The position numbers and the translations under genes were made by a program. Under the pieces are notes generated by a model. The model was not told the origin of the DNA. It saw only the letters and a list, made by a program, of their open reading frames with translations, and did not search any database. From NCBI RefSeq assembly GCF_009914755.1, contig NC_060935.1: a stretch of 64,000 nucleotides of DNA, one strand, 5' to 3'. Below, one piece after another: positions 55,801 through 64,000 of the stretch. Within the stretch, counting starts at the first letter, position 1; every line of letters begins with the position of its first letter. The stretch is from the human T2T-CHM13v2.0 reference genome, Homo sapiens.

Positions 55801-58800
55801 TTTGAGGCCTGTGGTGGAAAAGGAAACTCTTCACATAAAAACTAGATGGAAGCATTCTCAGAAACTACTTTGTGATGATTGCATTCAACTCACAGAGTTG
55901 AACATTCCTATAGATAGAGCAGGTTGTAAACAATCTTTTTGTAGAATCTGCGATTGGAGATTTGGACTGCTTTGAGGCCTACTGTAGTAAAGGAAATAAC
56001 TTCATCTAAAAACCAAACGGAAGCATTCACAGACAATTCTTAGTGATCATTGGATTGAACTAACAGAGCTGAACATTCCTTTAGATGGCGCAGTTTCCAA
56101 ACACACTTTCTGTAGAATCTGCAAGTGGATATTTGGACCTCTCTGAGGATTTCGTTGGAAACGGGATAAACTTCCCAGAACTACACGGAAGTATTCTGAG
56201 AAACTTCTTTGTGATGTTTGCATTTAACTCACAGAGTTGAACCTTGCTTTCATAGTTCAGCTTTCAAACACTCTTTTTGTAGAATCTGCAAGTGGATATT
56301 TGGACCACTTTGTGGCCTTCCTTCCAAACGGGTATATCTTCACATCAAACCTAGACAGAAGCATTCTCAGAATGTTTCCTGTGATGACTGCATTCAACTC
56401 ACAGAGGTAAACAATCCTGCTGATGGAGCAGTTTTGAAACTCTCTTTCTTTGGATTCTGCAAGTGGATATGTGGACCTCTGTGAAGATTTCGTTGGAAAC
56501 GGGTTCATCTTCACAGAAAAAATAACCAGGAGCATTCTCAGAAACTGCTTTGTGATGTTTGTGTTCCACTTCAGGAATTGAACTTTCCTCTTGACAGAGC
56601 AGCTCTGAAACCCTCTTTTTCTAGAATCTGCAAGTGGACATTTGGAGGGCTTTGAGGCCTGTGGTGGAAAAGGAAACTCTTCACATAAAAACTAGATGGA
56701 AGCATTCTCAGAAACTACTTTGTGATGATTGCATTCGACTCACAGAGTTGAACATTCCTATAGATAGAGCAGGTTGTAAACAATCTTTTTGTAGAATCTG
56801 TGATTGGAGATTTGGACTGCTTTGAGGCCTACTGTAGTAAAGGAAATAACTTCATCTAAAAACCAAACGGAAGCATTCACAGACAATTCTTAGTGATCAT
56901 TGGATTGAACTAACAGAGCTGAACATTCCTTTAGATGGAGCAGATTCCAAACACACTTTCTGTAGAATCTGCAACTGGATATTTGGACCTCTCTGAGGAT
57001 TTCGTTGGAAACGGGATAAACTTCCCAGAACTACACGGAAGCATTCTGAGAAACTTCTTTGTGATGTTTGCATTCAACTCACAGAGTTGAACCTTGCTTT
57101 CATAGTTCAGCTTTCAAACACTCTTTTTGTAGAATCTGCAAGTGGATATTTGGACCACTTTGTGGCCTTCCTTCGAAACGGGTATATCTTCACATCAAAC
57201 CTAGACAGAAGCATTCTCAGAATGTTTTCTGTGATGACTGCATTCAACTCACAGAGGTGAACAATCCTGTTGATGGAGCAGTTTTGAAACTCTCTTTCTT
57301 TGGATTCTGCAAGTGGATATGTGGACCTCTGTGAAGATTTCGTTGGAAACGGGTTCATCTTCACAGAAAAACTAAACAGGAGCATTCTCAGAAACTGCTT
57401 TGTGATGTTTGTGTTCCACTTCAAGAATTGAACTTTCCTCTTGACAGAGCAGCTCTGAAACCCTCTTTTTCTAGAATCTGCAAGTGGACATTTGGAGGGC
57501 TTTGAGGCCTGTGGTGGAAAAGGAAAATCTTCACATAAAAACTAGATGGAAGCATTCTCAGAAACTACTTTGTGATGATTGCATTCGACTCACAGAGTTG
57601 AACATTCCTATAGATAGAGCAGGTTGAAAACAATCTTTTTGTAGAATCTGCGATTGGAGATTTGGACTGCTTTGAGGCCTACTGTAGTAAAGGAAATAAC
57701 TTCATCTAAAAACCAAACGGAAGCATTCACAGATAATTCTTAGTGATCATTGGATTGAACTAACAGAGCTGAACATTCCTTTAGATGGCGCAGTTTCCAA
57801 ACACACTTTCTGTAGAATCTGCAAGTGGATATTTGGACCTCTCTGAGGATTTCGTTGGAAACGGGATGAACTTCCCTGAACTACACGGAAGTATTCTGAG
57901 AAACTTCTTTGTGATGTTTGCATTCAACTCACAGAGTTGAACCTTGCTTTCATAGTTCAGCTTTCAAACACTCTTTTTGTAGAATCTGCAAGTGGATATT
58001 TGGACCACTTTGTGGCCTTCCTTCCAAACTGGTATATCTTCACATCAAACCTAGACAGAAGCATTCTCAGAATGTTTCCTGTGATGACTGCATTCAACTC
58101 ACAGAGGTAAACAATCCTGCTGATGGAGCAGTTTTAAAACTCTCTTTCTTTGGATTCTGCAAGTGGATATGTGGACCTCTGTGAAGATTTCGTTGGAAAC
58201 GGGTTCATCTTCACAGAAAAAATAACCAGGAGCATTCTCAGAAACTGCCTTGTGATGTTTGTGTTCCACTTCAGGAATTGAACTTTCCTCTTGACAGAGC
58301 AGCTCTGAAACCCTCTTTTTCTAGAATCTGCAAGTGGACATTTGGAGGGCTTTGAGGCCTGTGGTGGAAAAGGAAACTCTTCACATAAAAACTAGATGGA
58401 AGCATTCTCAGAAACTACTTTGTGATGATTGCATTCGACTCACAGAGTTGAACATTCCTATAGATAGAGCAGGTTGTAAACAATCTTTTTGTAGAATCTG
58501 TGATTGGAGATTTGGACTGCTTTGAGGCCTACTGTAGTAAAGGAAATAACTTCATCTAAAAACCAAACGGAAGCATTCACAGACAATTCTTAGTGATCAT
58601 TGGATTGAAGTAACAGAGCTGAACATTCCTTTAGATGGAGCAGATTCCAAACACACTTTCTGTAGAATCTGCAACTCGATATTTGGACCTCTCTGAGGAT
58701 TTCGTTGGAAACGGGATAAACTTCCAAGAACTACACGGAAGCATTCTGAGAAACTTCTTTGTGATGTTTGCATTCAACTCACAGAGTTGAACCTTGCTTT

Positions 58801-61800
58801 CATAGTTCAGCTTTCAAACACTCTTTTTGTAGAATCTGCAAGTGGATATTTGGACCACTTTTTGGCCTTCCTTCGAAACGAGTATATCTTCGCATCAAAC
58901 CTAGACAGAAGCATTCTCAGAATGTTTCCTGCGATGACTGCATTCAACTCACAGAGGTGAACAATCCTGCTGATGGACCAGTTTTGAAACTCTCTTTCTT
59001 TGGATTCTGCAAGTGGATATGTGGACCTCTGTCAAGATTTCGTTGGAAACGGGTTCATCTTCATAGAAAAACTAAACAGGAGCATTCTCAGAAACTGCTT
59101 TGTGATGTTTGTGTTCCACTTCAGGAATTGAACTTTCCTCTTGACAGAGCAGCTCTGAAACCCTCTTTTTCTAGAATCTGCAAGTGGACATTTGGAGGGC
59201 TTTGAGGCCTGTGGTGGAAAAGGAAACTCTTCACATAAAAACTAGATGGAAGCATTCTCAGAAACTACTTTGTGATGATTGCATTCGACTCACAGAGGTG
59301 AACATTCCTATAGATAGAGCAGGTTGTAAACAATCTTTTTGTAGAATCTGCGATTGGAGATTTGGACTGCTTTGAGGCCTACTGTAGTAAAGGAAATAAC
59401 TTCATCTAAAAATCAAACGGAAGCATTCACAGACAATTCTTAGTGATCATTGGATTGAACTAACAGAGCTGAACATTCCTTTAGATGGCGCAGTTTCCAA
59501 ACACACTTTCTGTAGAATCTGCAAGTGGATATTTGGACCTCTCTGAGGATTTCGTTGGAAACGGTCTAAACTTCCCAGAACTACACGGAAGTATTCTGAG
59601 AAACTTCTTTGTGATGTTTGCATTCAACTCACAGGGTTGAACCTTGCTTTCATATTTCAGCTTTCAAACACTCTTTTTGTAGAATCTGCAAGTGGATATT
59701 TGGACCACTTTGTGGCCTTCCTTCGAAACGGGTATATCTTCACATCAAACCTAGACAGAAGCATTCTCAGAATGTTTCCTGTGATGACTGCATTCAACTC
59801 ACAGAGGTGAACAATCCCGCTGATGGAGCAGTTTTGAAACTCTCTTTCTTTGGATTCTGCAAGTGGATATGTGGACCTCTGTGAAGATGTCGTTGGAAAC
59901 GGGTTTATCTTCACAGAAAAACTAAACAGAAGCATTCTCAGAAACTGCTTTGTGATGTTTGTGTTCCACTTCAAGAATTGAACTTTCCTCTTGACAGAGC
60001 AGATCTGAAACCCTCTTTTTCTAGAATCTGCAAGTGGACATTTGGAGGGCTTTTAGGCCTGTGGTGGAAAAGGAAAATCTTCACATAAAAACTAGATGGA
60101 AGCATTCTCAGAAACTACTTTGCGATGATTGCATTCGACTCACAGAGTTGAACATCCCTATAGATAGAGCAGGTTGTAAACAATCTTTTTGTAGAATCTG
60201 CGATTGGAGATTTGGACTGCTTTGAGGCCTACTGTAGTAAAGGAAATAACTTCATCTAAAAACCAAACGGAAGCATTCACAGAAAATTCTTAGTGATCAT
60301 TGGATTGAACTAACAGAGCTGAACATTCCTTTAGATGGAGCAGTTTCCAAACACACTTTCTGTAGAATCTGCAAGTGGATATTTGGACCTCTCTGAGGAT
60401 TTCGTTGGAAAAGGGATAAACTTCCCAGAACTACACGGAAGCATTCTGAGAAAATTCTTTGTGATGTTTGCATTCAACTCACAGAGTTGAACCTTGCTTT
60501 TATAGTTCAGCTTTCAAACACTCTTTTTGTAGGATCTGCAAGTGGATATTTCGACCACATTGTGGCCTTCCTTCGAAACGGGTATATCTTCACATCAAAC
60601 CTAGACAGAAGCATTCTCAGAATGTTTCCTGTGATGACTGCATTCAACTCACAGAGGTGAACAATCCTGCTGATGGAGCAGTTTTGAAACTCTCTTTCTT
60701 TGGATTCTGCAAGTGGATATGTGGACCTCTGTGAAGATTTCCTTGGAAACGGGTTCATCTTCACAGAAAAACTAAACAGGATCATTCTCAGAAACTGCTT
60801 TGTGATGTTTGTGTTCCACTTCAGGAATTGAACTTTCCTCTTGAGAGAGCAGCTCTGAAACCCTCTTTTTCTGGAATCTGCAAGTGGACATTTGGAGGGC
60901 TTTGAGGCCTGTGGTGGAAAAGGAAACTCTTCACATAAAAACTAGATGGAAGCATTCTCAGAAACTACTTTGTGATGATTGCATTCGACTCACAGAGTTG
61001 AACATTGCTATAGATAGAGCAGGTTGTAAACAATCTTTTTGTAAAATCTGCGATTGGAGATTTGGACTGCTTTGAGGCCTACTGTAGTAAAGGAAATAAC
61101 TTCATCTAAAAACCAAACGGAAGCATTCACAGACAATTCTTAGTGATCATTGGATTGAACTAACAGAGCTAAACATTCCTTTAGATGGCGCAGTTTCCAA
61201 ACACACTTTCTGTAGAATCTGCAACTGGATATTTGGACCTCTCTGAGGATTTCTTTGGAAACGGGATAAACTTCCCAGAACTACACGGAAGTATTCTGAG
61301 AAACTTCTTTGTGATGTTTGCATTCAACTCACAGAGTTGAACCTTGCTTTCATAGTTCAGCTTTCAAACACTCTTTTTGTAGAATCTGCAAGTGGATATT
61401 TGGACCACTTTGTGGCCTTCCTTCGAAACGGGTATATCTTCACATCAAACCTAGACAGAAGCATTCTCAGAATGTTTCCTGTGATGACTGCATTCAACTC
61501 ACAGAGGTGAACAATCCTGCTGATGGACCAGTTTTGAAACTCTCTTTCTTTGAATTCTGCAAGTGGATATGTGGACCTCTGTGAAGATTTCGTTGGAAAT
61601 GGGTTCATCTTCACAGAAAAACTAAGCAGGAGCATTCTCAGAAACTGCTTTGTGATGTTTGTGTTCCACTTCAGGAATTGAACTTTCCTCTTGACAGAGC
61701 AGCTCTGAAACCCTCTTTTTCTAGAATCTGCAAGTGGACATTTGGAGGGCTTTGAGGCCTGTGGTGGAAAAGGAAACTCTTCACATAAAAACTAGATGGA

Positions 61801-64000
61801 AGCATTCTCAGAAACTACTTTGTGATGATTGCATTCGACTCACAGAGTTGAACATTCCTATAGATAGAGCAGGTTGTAAACAATCTTTTTGTAGAATCTG
61901 CGATTGGAGATTTGGACTGCTTTGAGGCCTACTGTAATAAAGGAAATAACTTCATCTAAAAACCAAACGGAAGCATTCACAGACAATTCTTAGTGATCAT
62001 TGGATTGAACTAACAGAGCTGAACATTCCTTTAGATGGCGCAGTTTCCAAACACACTTTCTGTAGAATCTGCCACTGGATATTTGGACCTCTCTGAGGAT
62101 TTCGTTGGAAACGGGCTAAACTTCCCAGAACTACACGGAAGCATTCTGAGAAACTTCTTTGTGATGTTTGCATTCAACTCACAGAGTGGAAACTTGCTTT
62201 CATAGTTCAGCTTTCAAACACTCTTTTTGTAGAATCTGCAAGTGGACATTTGGACCACTTTGTGGCCTTCCTTCGAAACGGGTATATCTTCACATCAAAC
62301 CTAGACAGAAGCATTCTCAGAATGTTTTCTGTGATGACTGCATTCAACTCACAGAGGTGAACAATCCTGCTGATGGACCAGTTTTGAAACTCTCTTTCTT
62401 TGTATTCTGCAAGTGGATATGTGGACCTCTGTGAACATTTCGTTGGAAACGGGTTCATCTTCACAGAAAAAAAAAGCAGGAGCATTCTCAGAAACTGCTT
62501 TGTGATGTTTGTGTTCCACTTCAGGAATTGAACTTTCCTCTTGACAGAGCAGCTCTGAAACCCTCTTTTTCTAGAATCTGCAAGTGGACATTTGGAGGGC
62601 TTTGAGGCCTGTGGTTGAAAAGGAAAATCTTCACATAAAAACTAGATGGATGCATTCTCAGAAACTACTTTGTGATGATTGCATTCGACTCACAGAGTTG
62701 AACATTCCTATAGATAGAGCAGGTTGTAAACAATCTTTTTGTAGAATCTGCGATTGGAGATTTGGACTGCTTTGAGGCCTAATGTAGCAAAGGAAATAAC
62801 TTCATCTAAAAACCAAACGGAAGCATTCACAGACAATTCTTAGTGATCATTGGATTGAACTAACAGAGCTGAACATTCCTTTAGATGGAGCAGTTTCCAA
62901 ACACACTTTCTGTAGAATCTGCAAGTGGATATTTGGACCTCTCTGAGGATTTCGTTGGAAAAGGGATAAACTTCCCAGAACTACATGGAAGCATTCTGAG
63001 AAACTTCTTTGTGATGTTTGCATTCAACTCACAGAGTTGAAACTTGCTTTCATGGTTCAGCTTTCAAACACTCTTTTTGTAGAATCTGCAAGTGGATATT
63101 TGGACCACTTTGTGGCCTTCCTTCGAAACGGGTATATCTTCACATCAAACCTTGACAGAAGCATTCTCAGAATGTTTCCTGTGATGACTGCATTCAACTC
63201 ACAGAGGTGAACAATCCTGCTGATGGAGCAGTTTTGAAACTCTCTTTCTTTGGATTCTGCAAGTGGATATGTGGACCTCTGTGAAGATTTCGTTGGAAAC
63301 GGGTTCATCTTCACAGAAAAACTAAACAGGAGCATTCTCAGAAACTGCTTTGTGATGTTTGTGTTCCACTTCAGGAATTGAACTTTCCTCTTGACAGAGC
63401 AGCTCTGAAACCCTCTTTTTCTAGAATCTGCATGTGGACATTTGGAGGGCTTTGAGGCCTGTGGTGGAAAAGGAAAATCTTCAATAAAAACTAGATGGAA
63501 TCATTCTCAGAAACTAATTTGTGATGATTGCATTCGACTCACAGAGGTGAACATTCCTATAGATAGAGCAGGTTGTAAACAATCTTTTTGTAGAATCTGC
63601 GATTGGAGATTTGGACTGCTTTGAGGCCTACTGTAGTAAAGGAAATAACTTCATCTAAAAACCAAACGGAAGCATTCACAGACAATTCTTAGTGATCATT
63701 GGATTGAACTAACAGAGCTGAACATTCCTTTAGATGGCGCAGTTTCCAAACACACTTTCTGTAGAATCTGCAAGTGGATATTTGGACCTCTCTGAGGATT
63801 TCGTTGGAAACGGGATAAACTTCCCAGAACTACACGGAAGCATTCTGAGAAACTTCTTTGTGATGTTTGCATTCAACTCACAGAGTTGAAACTTGCTTTC
63901 ATAGTTCAGCTTTGAAACACTCTTTTTGTAGAATCTGCAAGTGGATATTTGGACCACTTTGTGGCCTTCCTTCGAAACGGGTATATCTTCACATCAAACC
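49813..64000 (+). repeat. 11-HOR (9348 bp) offset duplication; second copy starts at ~59161 and runs off the window end
   Basis: Dozens of private variants and a shared 1-bp deletion repeat at +9348 (49950/59298, 50287/59635, TCTGGA 51522/60870, GAATTC 52204/61552, CTTCAATAAA ~54135/63483). Confidence 0.93.

Larger units (their letters stand above)
1..64000 (+). repeat. Alpha-satellite higher-order repeat array, 850 bp pentamer, ~75.3 copies; SF3 (W1-W5 type), most likely human chromosome 11 D11Z1 / S3C11H1L
   Basis: Seen: strict 850 bp periodicity (the same landmark TTG at 125, 975, 1825 ... 63867, i.e. 75 x 850 minus eight 1-bp deletions). Alphoid motifs CATTCTCAGAAAC, TTTGTAGAATCTGCAAGTGGATATTTGG and CENP-B boxes occur in ~170 bp subunits, and XbaI TCTAGA occurs once per unit (527, 1377 ...). 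Established: D11Z1 is a ~0.85 kb XbaI pentameric SF3 HOR, while other SF3 arrays have longer HORs (DXZ1 12-mer, D17Z1 16-mer). The alpha-satellite call is essentially certain; the chromosome call is inferred. Confidence 0.97.

Noticed and set aside
58768-59205. Longest ORF (145 aa)
   Set aside because: Produced by one private TGA>TCA change at ~59033 that reads through into the next monomer; no evidence of coding function.
125-63957. Roughly 200 short ORFs (60-112 aa) on both strands, Cys/His-rich
   Set aside because: They recur at the 850 bp period, mostly start at TTG/GTG, overlap on opposite strands and are freely broken by stops and frameshifts. They are translations of satellite DNA, with no recognisable domain or real zinc-finger spacing.
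1-64000. CRISPR-like array of repeats and spacers
   Set aside because: There are no unique spacers and no cas genes; the entire unit repeats and is recognisable alpha satellite.
1-64000. Transposon insertion, inversion or monomer-number HOR variant
   Set aside because: The register is continuous and fully explained by 850 bp units and eight 1-bp deletions; no poly-A tail, target-site duplication, foreign sequence or strand switch is seen.
1-64000. Assignment to DXZ1, D17Z1 or the chromosome 1 SF3 array
   Set aside because: Those arrays have longer HORs (12-, 16- and 11-mer), whereas here adjacent pentamers are ~98-99% alike. A database comparison is still needed to confirm chromosome 11 and species.
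1-64000. A previously undescribed biological system encoded in the window
   Set aside because: Nothing beyond a known satellite family is visible. The variant patterns are explained by duplication, recombination and mutation, and any functional role remains a hypothesis needing chromatin data.

Overview
The whole 64 kb window is one uninterrupted, single-orientation tandem array of primate (human-type) centromeric alpha-satellite DNA. It consists of about 75 copies of an 850 bp higher-order repeat (HOR) of five 168-171 bp monomers in B-B-B-A-A order, with one XbaI site per unit. This matches suprachromosomal family 3 and best fits the chromosome 11 array D11Z1 (S3C11H1L); the assignment comes from recalled knowledge, not a database search. 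Each HOR has two canonical CENP-B boxes, one fixed degenerate box and two A-type boxes. I found no genes, RNA genes, transposons, CRISPR arrays or inversions, and all listed ORFs are by-products of the repeat. I see no support for a new protein-coding system. The informative signal is in the variant pattern between HOR copies: recent tandem duplications of 2, 4, 6 (with an internal 2-HOR loss) and 11 HORs; a mosaic 27-49 kb zone of recurring haplotype cassettes; eight 1-bp deletions with no insertions; and strong regional differences in CENP-B box integrity. All comparisons were made by eye, so counts and breakpoints are approximate.
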